From the NCBI GenBank assembly GCA_905178155.1, contig CAJINV010000042.1, forward strand, positions 21,485-68,974: 47,490 nucleotides of DNA, given 5' to 3'. Both the position numbers and the translations under genes were made by a program. Below, piece after piece: positions 1-10,878 of the stretch (positions are counted from its first letter, which is position 1; each line of letters starts with the position of its first letter). The notes beneath the pieces are model-generated. The model made no database searches. It was given only the letters and a program-made list of their open reading frames with translations, and was not told the origin of the DNA. Source of the DNA: Amoebophrya sp. A120 (taxonomy: Eukaryota > Protista > Dinoflagellata).

Positions 1-81
1 CCGCGCCAGTGCTCCGTGACGCATCGCATGGTCGTCGCTGAGCCTGTTGGCGGACGTGATCTTTTTTCTTTTTTGACGACT

Positions 82-747
82 GTGGTCAATGATTTCTGTG
101 CTTGTCTTCGCCAGTGTCTGTGCGGATAGAAGTGCGCGGAGCTTGCTGGTGTTACTGTTTGAGCGGGTGGAAGATCTATGCACTTGGATGCTTTTCCATT
201 CGTGTGGCGCTTGCGCTAATTTTGGACGGTCGCACCCTTTGCGTCCGGCGGTGATCTGGTTCGGCCTTGGTCTTGGTTGTTTACGTGCCACCAACCTTCT
301 GCGGCTGCGTGCAGCGGCCTATATGCTGCCCCCGTTCTGCTGCGACTACGCACAACAAGGACCGCGCAGCGTGCACTTGCGCAAAGTCTCAGCGCCGCCT
401 GCGCCTCGGGTTCAATCTGCTTAGTGGATGCAATACCGTGGGGCGCACGTCTCGGACCTGCATCAAACGTAGCGCACAGTGGCGCTGCTTCTTTTTGTTG
501 CGCTTGGGGCCTCAGGATGTTGAAGCGCCGCGCACTACTCGCGTTTCGGCCTTTTGCCGGCCGTTTGCCAAGCCGGCCTTGCCTTCCTCTAGCACATATT
601 TGACGAGCGTGGTCAATGACTGCAGCACCTGTCTGCTCCGGTCTCTGTGTGAATAGAACCGCGCGACGCACTCGCTTCCCTCTCTTTCGTCTGGTGGAAG
701 ATCTATGCACTTGGATGCTTTTCCTCGTGTGTGGCGCTTGCGCTAAT
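82..747. repeat. Degenerate direct repeat pair (~82-219 and ~610-747)
   Basis: The core GTGGAAGATCTATGCACTTGGATGCTTTTCC...GTGTGGCGCTTGCGCTAAT occurs at 167-219 and 694-747, each preceded by GTGGTCAATGA. Confidence 0.8.
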
Positions 748-1112
748 GCTGACCCGACACAGTGTGCCACTCACCTGGTGGCTGGCTGCGCGTCGTGCTT
801 GTGTGCCCTCGTGTAGTCTGCATGCGGTGCATGCAACTCACCGCGTTCTGCCGCAGCCGTGGGTTTTTTTCAAACAAAAAGTTTAGCTCTGGTTCTGTGA
901 ACTCATGAAAAAGCGCAAAGACAGTGGCTGAGTGAACAAATCATGTGCTTAACGTGCCTCGTCGTTGAGAGAGCGACTGCCAAGTCATACTGAATCTGTT
1001 TCGCGTTTCGCATCGCGTCACTTTGTAGCAACTGCACTCAATAGGATGCTTTGCCAGGGTTTTTTTGTTCTTGTTTTCAAGTAGTTTTGATCCATTCAAT
1101 TGAAGGGAAAAG

Positions 1113-1671
1113 ATGCGCTTCCTCAGCTTTGCTTCATGTCTGACAGTTGTCGCTGGCTACACAGCGTTCAACTCACCGACTGCGCCGGGTAACTATGGCC
1201 TGCCTGCTGAGAAGCCTGAGTTTGGCGGTGAAGTGGCCCACACCTTGCCGGAGGTTAACGTGCGCTACCACTACCCTGCATTTGATGCAGCTTCCGCTAT
1301 GTCAGCAATGGAAACTGGTTTGGCGTTGGATAGCCGCATCGCAGCTGCGGCTCAAGAACTGCGCAGTGACAAGGTAGGCCTTCCCGTGATTCCTAGATAT
1401 ATAATGCCACGGCATGACGTTGGTTTTTCAGCGGGCTTCTAAATACTAGAAAACTTAACCAATTCAGGCACTCTTGGCGGCGCTAACTCCGTCCAGTTTT
1501 CTGCGCAAAGGTGACGCAATTCTTGGGGCCATGGGCGGTCTTCCTGTTCCGCCGCAGCCAGACACGACCGGCTTGGCCGCCTTTAGAGAGATGATGTTGG
1601 GGATGGAACACGCTCCTCGACCGCATCCGACCTACGCGTCCACGGCTTCGTCCTGCGGTGGGGCTTGCTAG
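1113..1671 (+). CDS. Cassette gene 1A: secreted protein, 154 aa, 2 exons (1113-1373, 1468-1671)
   Basis: Signal peptide MRFLSFASCLTVVAG. A phase-0 GT-AG intron at 1374-1467 joins ...RSDK to ALLAALTPSSFLRK. Paralog 1B has an intron at the same position. Confidence 0.9.
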
Positions 1672-1976
1672 TTGGAGGAAGACATGCAAAGAACTCTTAA
1701 GTGAAAGAGGAACACCCCGGCAACAAAATTTAGTAATTCCTGCGCACGCTGCCACTCTATGCGCCTGGCGTCTCGTCTTGTTCGTACCTTCGTCAGAATA
1801 TTTCAGATGGAGAGTGCAAAATCGTGTGCGCTCGTGAGTGCAAATTCTTGAATTGTCCCACACCAAAACCGCTTGTCTACCAAACTCTCGCAAAACTTCT
1901 ACTATCATTTACCATGTCAATTTTCCTAACATTAGCTTAGTTTTTCCCTGCGCAAATCTTGCTACCAGGACAAAAA

Positions 1977-3095
1977 ATGCTTCGCGTCATTGCCGCGACG
2001 TCGCTGTGCGCCCACGGCGCCCGGATGTTTCCCGACCCGCTGGAAATGGTGCCTCCGGGTGTGGCGACGGGAATTGCAGGGAAAGTCGCGGACGCGACTC
2101 CCTACACTTTAAACTTGATGCCCCCCTCCATGCCCTCTGCTGAAGCAAACGCTGACATTGACGCGCTGATGGCCGTAGAGAAAGCTCATGAGAAGGGTCT
2201 GGAAGCAGCGGGTTTGGCCGACAAGCAGCGTCTCTTGAACGCGGAGATTGCCAAGGTTCACGCCATTGTCGGCATGCACCACTCGTTCCTCCAGGGCTAT
2301 TCTTCCCTCGCGCCTGCTGCTGATCATGAATTCGTGCTGCACGCACCTGCGGAAGACAAGGCTTCCATTGACGCCGCCGTGTCTTCCATCTTCAAGACTG
2401 AATCGGCCAAGTCTTCCGCTGAGGCGTCCGCAGACGCTTCGCTAAAGCAGGCCATGCTCTCTGCAGAGATTGCCAAAATCGGTAACATTGTCCGGGGAAA
2501 GTCCAGTTTTCTGGAGCCATTCGTGCCGCCGGTCGCTATCCAGTCTACCATGCAGGCCTCGCTTCCGTCGGTGATTGACATTCACTATGATGTCCCGCAT
2601 GCGGGATTCACCCAGGAGTTGGCTGCGCTGAAGGCCGCTTCGTTCCTCCAGAAGGGAAAGACTGACGTTTACTTTGAAGCAGGCGCTCCGGCTTCGGTGT
2701 TGGAAGGTGAGTACCAATCTATCAAGGCGTCGCTGGAGCAGAGCATTGAAAAATCCTTTCAAGCCATCCGGGCGGCCGCGATCGGCTCTTCCTTTCTGCA
2801 GTCCTCCCCGGCCCGGGAACCGACCGTGCACGTGATGGTTGACTCCTCTTCCAAAGGCATGAAGGTTGACATGGCCCGTCTGACTGCTGACGGATTCGCC
2901 TACGCCGCCAAACGCCTCGCAGCCCTGGAAGCAGAAATGGCTCACAGCTCCTTCCTCAGCGGTGATGAAGTGCCGCGCCCGGCTCCGGTACTCAATGTGG
3001 ACATTGAGACTCCGACCTTCGTCTCCGGCGCTGATATCGCCGCGGTGAAGGGTGAGATGCAAGCCATTTCTGGCCTGCAGTCGCAGCTGCGCTAG
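1977..3095 (+). CDS. Cassette gene 2A: secreted Ala-rich modular protein, 372 aa, five SFL motifs
   Basis: ATG in A-rich context and a signal peptide. Internal ~65-aa repeat (KQRLLNAEIAKV / KQAMLSAEIAKI). About 93% identical to 2B by manual count (25 differences in 372 aa). Confidence 0.92.
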   Translation: MLRVIAATSLCAHGARMFPDPLEMVPPGVATGIAGKVADATPYTLNLMPPSMPSAEANADIDALMAVEKAHEKGLEAAGLADKQRLLNAEIAKVHAIVGMHHSFLQGYSSLAPAADHEFVLHAPAEDKASIDAAVSSIFKTESAKSSAEASADASLKQAMLSAEIAKIGNIVRGKSSFLEPFVPPVAIQSTMQASLPSVIDIHYDVPHAGFTQELAALKAASFLQKGKTDVYFEAGAPASVLEGEYQSIKASLEQSIEKSFQAIRAAAIGSSFLQSSPAREPTVHVMVDSSSKGMKVDMARLTADGFAYAAKRLAALEAEMAHSSFLSGDEVPRPAPVLNVDIETPTFVSGADIAAVKGEMQAISGLQSQLR

Positions 3096-3421
3096 AGAAT
3101 CAAAATGGTGACTAGAGGCCACATGTTGTGAGACTCGCTATGCTTCAGCAATAGATCTATGTCGGTTCTTCCTTTGACAAATTTAGTCCGCGCTTTTGGC
3201 TTGCGCTTTGGATGCTTGCCCTGTTCCATCGCTCGTTTTCAGATTTTCGACCACGCGACGACGCAATGAGTTTTCGTGAGTTGGATGCATTTCCTGAGGG
3301 TTAGAGTGTTTCAAATTTCCATCGCAATACTCCAGATTTTTCCTTGTCACCATCATTCGGCGCAATCTTCCTCTCTACATCAAAAACAGTAGTTTTCTTT
3401 TTTTCTGTACTCCTGCACAAG

Positions 3422-3979
3422 ATGCGGACGGTCTTCTGTTTATTCGGGGCTGTGTCTGCCCTTAAAATGCGTGACAGTGCATCAGCTGCATCAGGTTTGA
3501 TCGGCTCGCTTTCCGGGGGAGGTGCAACTGGTTTGGCCGCTGCTACAATGCCATCTGACCCAAAGTTGGGCGGAATCACGGGTGATTTACTTGCGGGCGC
3601 TGAAGCGTTTGCAGCTGCCGCGCCAGCATCGCCTGCGGACAAGCAATTCGTCGCTGCTGTCAAGGCCGCCATGGGATCATCGCCGACGACCGTTGGGAAG
3701 TTCACGCTGCCATACTCTACTGGCGCCGCAAGCTTCTTGAAATTGACAGGGTTATCCAGCGGTGACTTGTCCACAATTGCGCAACGCGTTTCGGTGGCCG
3801 CAGCTAAAAAATCCGGCTTCAGCGGACCGACCGCGTCCTGCCCGGCGGGCTGGTTGGAGACCTCGGGAACCTGCAACCCTGCAGCGGGCTACAGTGGTTT
3901 TTGCACAAAGGGTCTGCCGGCCAATCTGAGCATCGCTGAGAAGGAAGAGGCACAAATCTTCTGCGACGTGAAATACTAG
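3422..3979 (+). CDS. Cassette gene 3A: secreted protein with C-terminal CPW-WPC-like domain, 185 aa
   Basis: Signal peptide. The cysteine pattern CPAGW...CNP..GYSGFC...K...IFCDVKY fits a CPW-WPC repeat. Paralog 3B is present. Confidence 0.9.
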   Translation: MRTVFCLFGAVSALKMRDSASAASGLIGSLSGGGATGLAAATMPSDPKLGGITGDLLAGAEAFAAAAPASPADKQFVAAVKAAMGSSPTTVGKFTLPYSTGAASFLKLTGLSSGDLSTIAQRVSVAAAKKSGFSGPTASCPAGWLETSGTCNPAAGYSGFCTKGLPANLSIAEKEEAQIFCDVKY

Positions 3980-4313
3980 AAACTGGAGGCTCGGTATGCT
4001 CAGACCGGTGAACAGCTCGCAGTCTTAAAAACTGGATGCTAGATAGAGAAAAGCTTTTTTATTAAACCAGCTCTGTGCTTTGGATGTGTGTGCTGGCACC
4101 ATGGTGCCATTGTTCCACGTTCTCGTCATCGTCGCTTTGTTGATGCTGCAGTGGCAGAGGGAGGGAAGAGTGACTTGCCTAGTTTCTGATGTGAGGGACG
4201 TCGACCAAAAAATTGCAGTCAGGGTTTCCTTTCCGACCATAGAATCAAAAAGCTACCTGTCACAAAATATAGAGCTGAAAACAGTCTGGAGTAGTTCCGC
4301 ACTAGCATCAAAA

Positions 4314-4709
4314 ATGTTTAGAGCCATCATCGTTGCCTTAGCGGGTTTCACCGCCTGCTGTGCAGGTGAGTCCATCAAGGTAACGGGAGCGTCTCATCTC
4401 ACTGCAAGCGCCAAGGACATCACTGCACTGGAAGCGCGCATTGACGCTTTTATGCACGCGCAAGTGTCTGGATTTATGGGCAAGGCCTCGTTTTTGAAGA
4501 CAGGAGCTGCGGCCTGGGCGGGATCTCCGGGTATGGTGAAAGAGGCCTTGTTTCTGACTCAGCCCATGCGGACCGACTCGCCGGCTAAGGTGAATATCAT
4601 TGAGAAGCGCCCGGAATTCTCTGCCTCTGCGTCGTCCGTCGCGGATGCTTCTCAGGCTGCGTACGACTTGCAGTCATTCTCCGCTGGAATGGCCAGCCTG
4701 CGCAACTAA
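4314..4709 (+). CDS. Cassette gene 4A: small secreted protein, 131 aa
   Basis: AAAATG start, signal peptide MFRAIIVALAGFTACCAG and a KASFLKT motif. Similarity to 4B begins at this ATG. Confidence 0.9.
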   Translation: MFRAIIVALAGFTACCAGESIKVTGASHLTASAKDITALEARIDAFMHAQVSGFMGKASFLKTGAAAWAGSPGMVKEALFLTQPMRTDSPAKVNIIEKRPEFSASASSVADASQAAYDLQSFSAGMASLRN

Positions 4710-5033
4710 GGCAGTGGTTTTTAGTTAAGTCCTTCCCTGAGCCAAGGATGGTTGATATTTTTTTCTCTTGTCTTAGTTCTTACTTCTTGAAATAAGCTCA
4801 AAAATGAATCCAATCCCACTCGCCTCTTATCGTGTGCAGTGTTCCCTCGCCAAGCTATACGGGCACCACAAGAGACAACAGAAACATTTGAGTGAAGGCA
4901 AAACCGACTGCAGAGCACTGCTCGGGCATTCGCGCAAATGGCGCTACCTACATTCTATTGTATTGCTATTTGTTGATCTTTTCTACCCATGAAACCAGAT
5001 TCTAGCGTTTTTTCTGCAAGTCCCAACCAGAAG

Positions 5034-5756
5034 ATGAAAGTGATCCTGCCCCTCACCGCTGTTGTGGGCGCTCATGCTCTTTCCATGTCCCAACGCGCCG
5101 CTGCTGGACAACGCCTGCTGTCACTCCCGGCTCAGCCGCAGTCGGAGGTGCCGCTGGACAAACTGAATGAGGTGCGGGAATATATACAGAAGGATTGCGG
5201 AGACAGCTGCGTGCAGTATTGGGACGGGCTGCTGAGCAAGGCCCAGAAGGAAGGCAAAACATTCCTGTCCGCAATCCAGGACAACATGCATGACACGTTC
5301 GCCAAAATGCAAGAATTCCAGGCTGCGGTCCAGCATGACGACCCGACCACTGCTCTCGCGGAGTTTCAGAAGACACACAGCAGCTTCATCAAGGAACGAA
5401 GCACCCTCTCTGCCGCCATGCCAATGCTGGACACCCCGTGTTTTGATGAAAAGTCCTGCAAGCTCGTGGAGGTTCTAGGAAACAGGTGCAACTTTGGCCG
5501 CGTCGCGACTCTGGCAATCTACCAGGCTGTAAACCTGCCCATCCACGTTCTCGCGGTTGCGACCAAAATCCTCTGTGCGTGCCTTGATGTCTTCACTGCC
5601 TCCGTGTGCGTGCTGCGGTTTGCTCCTTGGTGCCCCCCCGTTTACAATGTCATGGGCAAGATTTGGTCAATCAATGACCAAATCTGGGAAGCCACCAAGA
5701 AGGTCACCAGCACTTGCAAGGTCGTTGGTAGCCCGTTAGTTGCCAGCCCACCTTAA
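5034..5756 (+). CDS. Cassette gene 5A: secreted Cys-rich protein, 240 aa, intronless
   Basis: Signal peptide MKVILPLTAVVGAHA and a Cys-rich C-terminal half. Collinear with the three exons of 5B. Confidence 0.9.
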   Translation: MKVILPLTAVVGAHALSMSQRAAAGQRLLSLPAQPQSEVPLDKLNEVREYIQKDCGDSCVQYWDGLLSKAQKEGKTFLSAIQDNMHDTFAKMQEFQAAVQHDDPTTALAEFQKTHSSFIKERSTLSAAMPMLDTPCFDEKSCKLVEVLGNRCNFGRVATLAIYQAVNLPIHVLAVATKILCACLDVFTASVCVLRFAPWCPPVYNVMGKIWSINDQIWEATKKVTSTCKVVGSPLVASPP

Positions 5757-6050
5757 GCGTCAGCCTTAAGCGTCAACCTATCTCGTGCCGCTGATTTTCA
5801 CACACTATTCAGCAAAGCAATGTAATCCTGAGAAGAATGAAAACGCATACGGGAGGGGCGGCCATTGCGCTCGTCGTCGGTGTTCAGTATTTGCTTCAAA
5901 CATGATCGTAGAGGAGAGAAACCAAAGAGCACGCACTTCGGAGTGATTGCATTCCTCGTGGAAGGCATCGCTGTGACGTGCAGATGTCTATATCATTTTG
6001 TCCATTCTTCTAGGTCCTGCTATTTTTTTCCTCTTCAAACTTTATTCAAA

Positions 6051-6845
6051 ATGGCCAAGTTCGTCGTCGCCTGCACGTTCGCGGCCGTCGCGGAGGCCGC
6101 TCGTCCTTCGTTTGCCCTGGGAGAGCAATTGGGAGAGGCCCTGTCTGCGGGAATCAGTGCAGACTCTGCGGGCTTCGCGCAGAAAGTGGCGCCTGCGCTT
6201 GCTCAGCCCGTCCTGCGCAATGCGGGCGTTGAAGCGGTGATGGGTGCGGCCTCCAAAAAGTACAGCTTTTTAAAGCGTCCCGTGTTGAACTTGCACGTCG
6301 GTGAAACCGCTTCTGCATCCATCGCGGGTGACCGGGCCGCGGCTGCTGCTGCCCTCAGTGGTGTGGAGCAGGGAGAGGTGGAAATGCTGGAACGCATGGC
6401 GCACAAGTCTTTCCTCAAGACGCCGTTTTCTGACCTGCAGCGTGAGGGCGCGGACGGATCTGTCTTCAAAGATGCAATCGGCTATTACGGCTCGCTTGTC
6501 GACGCTGGCGGCTATTCTGCGCAGCACGGTGTCGCTGGCCTGTTGGATCTTGCTTCCTTGCCCAAAGCTCGCGTCGCTATGCAGCCGCTTCTTTTCAAAG
6601 TCAAGAATCTGGCGCAGAAGGAAAGTACCCCTGACGCCACGCGGGATATGGCGGGGTCGCTCATTACGTTCCTCACCAACATGCCGGTGTCCTTTCAGTC
6701 CAGTGATTCCGCCACGGGTGCGTACGGTCATACCAACATCGTCTTGCCATCGCCAAGCCGCGTCTATGGGGCTGAGGAGGAGATCGCGCAATTGAAAGCG
6801 GGAGCAATGGCCGCTGACACTTTGACGGGCTCTTTGTACCATTAG
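6051..6845 (+). CDS. Cassette gene 6A: secreted protein, 264 aa
   Basis: Signal peptide and two SFL motifs (KYSFLKR, HKSFLKT). Same length as 6B, with a nearly invariant C-terminal half. Confidence 0.92.
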   Translation: MAKFVVACTFAAVAEAARPSFALGEQLGEALSAGISADSAGFAQKVAPALAQPVLRNAGVEAVMGAASKKYSFLKRPVLNLHVGETASASIAGDRAAAAAALSGVEQGEVEMLERMAHKSFLKTPFSDLQREGADGSVFKDAIGYYGSLVDAGGYSAQHGVAGLLDLASLPKARVAMQPLLFKVKNLAQKESTPDATRDMAGSLITFLTNMPVSFQSSDSATGAYGHTNIVLPSPSRVYGAEEEIAQLKAGAMAADTLTGSLYH

Positions 6846-7149
6846 GAAGACGCTCCGCTATCCTCTTCTGAGCACACTGCCTTAACAGTGGAAAACTAAA
6901 CACTTCTTTGCAATGCTTACAAATGAAATTCATCTTCTGGCAGTATTCTTCTAGCAGTGTCAGTGAAACTCGTGGCATAGTGTTCATGCGTTATCATTGG
7001 CCTTTTTTCGCTGGGAGTGAGAGACAAACAGGGCCACCTCGCGCAGTGCCTGCATCAAAAAAGACTTCTGTCTTACGTGAAAATGCTCGCTTTCACGGTC
7101 CTAATCAACAAAATAGTAGCAGTGTTTTTTCAAGGTAGGCTTCATCAAA

Positions 7150-7593
7150 ATGAAAGCTTTTTTCGGCGCCGTTGCGTTCGGGATTGCGTCCTGCTGGGCG
7201 ACAGTGCCATTCGACCTTCCCAAAGAAATCTTCACTGACGTGAACAAAGGAGACGTTCCCATCGTGAATATCATCGCTGACCGCGCGTCTTTCCTCCGGT
7301 CTCCAGCATTAGCAGGTCTGGAATCCTCATTAAAGGCGGCGCACCCAAATGAATCCTCCATGATGATCAAGGCCACACTGTCGGATGCGTTGCAGGCTGC
7401 CGCCGTCGCAGAAGGTGTGAGTCTCGCTGCTGTGACGTGTGCGCGCAGCTACGCAGGATGCCCGTCTGGATGGGCGCCCTCAGGAGACAACTGCGTGTCC
7501 AGTTCCGGGGCCAGTGTATCTTTCTCGGGCTTGGCCGCTATTGAGAAGCAAGTCGTAGCAGAATCCGTTGGTGCACAGTTTCCGTGTGCGTGA
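7150..7593 (+). CDS. Cassette gene 7A: secreted protein with degenerate CPW-WPC domain, 147 aa
   Basis: Signal peptide, RASFLRS, and CARSYAGCPSGW...C...K...FPCA. Confidence 0.9.
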   Translation: MKAFFGAVAFGIASCWATVPFDLPKEIFTDVNKGDVPIVNIIADRASFLRSPALAGLESSLKAAHPNESSMMIKATLSDALQAAAVAEGVSLAAVTCARSYAGCPSGWAPSGDNCVSSSGASVSFSGLAAIEKQVVAESVGAQFPCA

Positions 7594-7740
7594 AGATTTT
7601 GACCAAAAGTGGATCTGCCCAGTCTGAACATTTGTTGAGGAATTCTGTGCCTCCGCCGTGAATCACTATAATAGTAGGCTCCCTTGCCCACAGAAAGAAT
7701 TGTCGTGGAGTGTTCTGAGTGGATGGCGTTGTTGTCAAAA

Positions 7741-7792
7741 TCGTAGCAAACAATAAAGTCAAACCGTCGTAGCAAACAATAAAGTCAAACCG
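7741..7792. repeat. Perfect 26-bp tandem duplication upstream of gene 8A
   Basis: TCGTAGCAAACAATAAAGTCAAACCG at 7741-7766 and 7767-7792. Confidence 0.95.
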
Positions 7793-7861
7793 GCGTGCCA
7801 TCTTGAACTAATGTCATCAAACTCCAATTAGCCAATTTTTTTCGCTTGGAAAAAGCAAACA

Positions 7862-8995
7862 ATGTTTCGCGTTGCGTCCCTCTGCGTCGTTGGCGCTTCT
7901 GCGCTGATGACCAACCAGGAGATGGTGAACAAAAACCTGCAAGAGAATGATGCGTACATCGCTCTCTTCAAGGAGAAGTCGCCGGAGTTGGAGGAAGCTT
8001 TTCTGCAAGTCTATGATAAGATGGCCAAGGACTTTGACGTGGAGTCTTATAAGACTCATCTCAACATGCTGAACACCGCTGTTTCTTTCCTGAAGGATTA
8101 CAAGACAGGGTCTTCTACCCCGCACTGCGACTATGGAATTGCTCCCGCGGCAGCAGCAGTGAAAGGCGTGTCCGCGTTTCCTGGCGGCGTCGTCTCCCGT
8201 CTTTTTGGATTTGACATCAGCAAAATGGTTGCGGACTTGGCTAGTAAGTCGGGTGCTGCGGGCGCGGCGGGGGGAATGCCGCAAATGCTTGCAATGAACG
8301 GTCTCTCCACGGGTGCCGGCCTTATTCAAGCCGCAATGTCCACTGTGCTCCAGATCGTGCCCCCCATGGTGCCGCCGCCGGTGTGGATCAACCAGCCGCT
8401 GCCCTGCATGCCCATGGTCACTGGTCACAATTGTGTCGGGTCCGTTCTCTACCCTATCACCGCCGCGGACTTTGTCACTGCTGACGTCACTGATGCGCAG
8501 TTGGATGGCACAATTGCTTCGTTTCCCGCCTTGTACAAGGATAGGGTTGGAAAGACGGGCAGCGCGGCGTACTCCCTGTGCTTCAAGACCTACATGTCTA
8601 TGCAGTGCGGTGCCATCTTTCCGCGCTGCTCCGCTCCAATGGCGCGCAATGAGCCAACCCCGGTCGGTCGCCTGCCGCTGTGCTTCACCAGCTGCATTGC
8701 TACTTTGGTCGCCTGCCCGGGTTTCTGGATCACAGACATTGCTGACACCTGCAGCACCGTCTCCGCCCCGCCAATGTGCACCATGGCTCTGTATTTGCGC
8801 AGTGACAACTTGCCGCCCCAGTACATCAGCTTTGAAGAGTCGACCACTGTTCCCGCGGAATGCCCCGTTGCGCCCGCCTCTCTTGCGGCTCTGGAGAACG
8901 CGGGATCCGGGTTTGACATCTACAGCACGGGATCCGACTCCATTGTCGCGTCGCCGTACTTCGGCGCTGGCACGGCCAAGCTGCCAGGTGCATAA
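7862..8995 (+). CDS. Cassette gene 8A: secreted Cys-rich protein with frizzled(CRD)-like cysteine pattern, 377 aa
   Basis: Signal peptide and AVSFLKD. The spacing C..YMSMQCGAIFPRC...PLCFTSC...LVAC resembles Fz/Mid1 cysteine-rich domains. Paralog 8B has the same length. Confidence 0.9.
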   Translation: MFRVASLCVVGASALMTNQEMVNKNLQENDAYIALFKEKSPELEEAFLQVYDKMAKDFDVESYKTHLNMLNTAVSFLKDYKTGSSTPHCDYGIAPAAAAVKGVSAFPGGVVSRLFGFDISKMVADLASKSGAAGAAGGMPQMLAMNGLSTGAGLIQAAMSTVLQIVPPMVPPPVWINQPLPCMPMVTGHNCVGSVLYPITAADFVTADVTDAQLDGTIASFPALYKDRVGKTGSAAYSLCFKTYMSMQCGAIFPRCSAPMARNEPTPVGRLPLCFTSCIATLVACPGFWITDIADTCSTVSAPPMCTMALYLRSDNLPPQYISFEESTTVPAECPVAPASLAALENAGSGFDIYSTGSDSIVASPYFGAGTAKLPGA

Positions 8996-9309
8996 GCTGC
9001 AGCGGCCTCATAGCCATCTAGGGTGTCACACCGCACACTTCTCGTGAGATTCACAATATTTTTTCAGCTTGCCAAAATCAATGGAACTAAAACTCCTGCT
9101 TCATTTTCTTACGCTACTCCAAGACGGTGTTCGCAATTTGTTTCTGTTGCTCGTGCAGAGGTCCGCCTGAGTGAGAAAAGCAGCTGAGAGACCGTTCCCT
9201 CTGGAATGCATCATCCTGGTCCTCCCTTGCGGACACCATATTTCCAAAAATGTATCAAATTTGAAATCCATCCATAGATTTTTTTGCTAACCTGAAAAAC
9301 AACAAACAA

Positions 9310-9594
9310 ATGATGCGCCTTGTGTCACTCTTCTTCGCACTTATCGGGTGCGCCTTCGGGTACAAGGACATTCTCACTCACGGCTCCGCTGGGCCTGTGG
9401 AGGTGATCAATGTCGCTCTGGAGAGCGCTATTCCAGATGCCATCGCGGCCCGTCGTTCCGCTGAAATGCGTCGCTCTGAAGCCGCTTCGTTGGCAAATTT
9501 GGCTCGTCGGCGTGCCCAGGCTAACAGCTCCTTGCAGTCAATGATCAGCATGGAGAAGATGAATGAGGCTACCGCGCGGGACTTGCTTGGTTAA
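9310..9594 (+). CDS. Cassette gene 9A: small secreted helical protein, 94 aa
   Basis: Signal peptide and a near-identical paralog 9B with many third-position changes. Confidence 0.9.
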   Translation: MMRLVSLFFALIGCAFGYKDILTHGSAGPVEVINVALESAIPDAIAARRSAEMRRSEAASLANLARRRAQANSSLQSMISMEKMNEATARDLLG

Positions 9595-9910
9595 GCCGTT
9601 CGGCCTCTAAGCACCTCGGGTTCTCGTTTACTGGACCTAAATTTCTAAATGCTGAAATGAGTAAAGAAAGTTTGAAATAAAAACATTGCCTCAGCTGGCG
9701 TTCCAGTGATTCGCTTCGCCCAAAGCTGTTCTGTTGAAGAGCGTCAGTGAGAGCTATTTCGTCTACACTTTCATAATCCCTCGTTGCGGTCGTGAGAGTC
9801 TATCAAAAGTCAAACAGCTACGCGGCAAGGCTGGAAGCATCACTGTTACCTATTTCAAAAAAACATCCCACAGCAACACCAACAGCTACTTTTTCTACAA
9901 AAATAAAATC

Positions 9911-10567
9911 ATGGCCAAGATTTTCGCCACAATCGGCCTTTGCGCCGCACTGGCGCAGGCTGGGAAGCCAGTGGTGGAGTTGAGCCTAGCGTCTCCGTCG
10001 GCTCCGTATCCCGCAGTGTCTAGTGCTATTGCTGCTGCGGAATCCACCCGCCTGTCGGCTGAGCATGCGGCTTTGTCTGAGATCGACGCGGCGTACAAGT
10101 CGACGCTTGCGCAGGCCTCAGTCGCCCTTGGCAATACCATTTCCAAGGCCCTGGGTCGTGCGTCCTTTGCCAACATTGCGGAGCCGGTCATCTCTGTTCG
10201 CGTTGAAGGTGCTGCCTCGGATGAATCCGCTGGTGTTGCCGGTGTCAAGGCCTTGGAAGGCAAGCGTGCGTCAGCTATGGGTGCCCTCGTGTCGTCGGCC
10301 AAGCAAGAGTTCGGCGAAGTTGCCAAGGTTGTGATCGCGGAGTTTGACAAGCAATTGCGCGGGCACAAAAGCTTTTTGCGGTTTTCCCGGGAGATCAACG
10401 TGCGCGTCGGAGCGGATCCATCGTACAAGACTGTTTCCGCCATGTTGGGCGACATGGAATCTCGTCGCGACTCGGGGGAGACTCGGCTGAGAGCGGCCAT
10501 TCTATCCAAGGAAATGCAGTTGGTGAAGGCTTTGAATGCCATCGGCGCAGCTGCTTTGTCCCACTAA
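9911..10567 (+). CDS. Cassette gene 10A: secreted helical protein, 218 aa; paralog of gene 11; possibly of the 41-3 blood-stage-antigen-like family
   Basis: Signal peptide. Shares PVVELSLASP / AKVVIAE / ESRRDSGE / MQLVKALN motifs with gene 11. The family resemblance is from memory and unverified. Confidence 0.88.
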   Translation: MAKIFATIGLCAALAQAGKPVVELSLASPSAPYPAVSSAIAAAESTRLSAEHAALSEIDAAYKSTLAQASVALGNTISKALGRASFANIAEPVISVRVEGAASDESAGVAGVKALEGKRASAMGALVSSAKQEFGEVAKVVIAEFDKQLRGHKSFLRFSREINVRVGADPSYKTVSAMLGDMESRRDSGETRLRAAILSKEMQLVKALNAIGAAALSH

Positions 10568-10878
10568 ATGGCAGAGTTGCAACCTTATCCACAAAGACTA
10601 ACCCACGCATTTGAAAGTTAGATGAAAGCTTTGGATCAATTCAGCGCTCCTACGTTGCTGCATCACGTCTGCGGCCAACTTGGTTATGGCACTTTGCCCT
10701 CGCGTTTCCGTGTTTCATTGTGAGCGGAGAGCCAAACCTGCAAAAAAAAGGTTCTGAGCGGAGAGACAAACAGCTCAAAGAGTCATTGCAAATCAAAAGC
10801 ACACACTTCCGCTTCTTCAACTCTTTTGTGATTTCTGTTTCGACCTAGAGCATCTTTTTTGTCAACAAATCTACAAAA

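Noticed and set aside
5751-5775. 13-bp duplication CCTTAAGCGTCA at the gene 5A stop codon, and similar micro-duplications near 28018 and 28328
   Set aside because: These are ordinary slippage-type duplications with no further structure.
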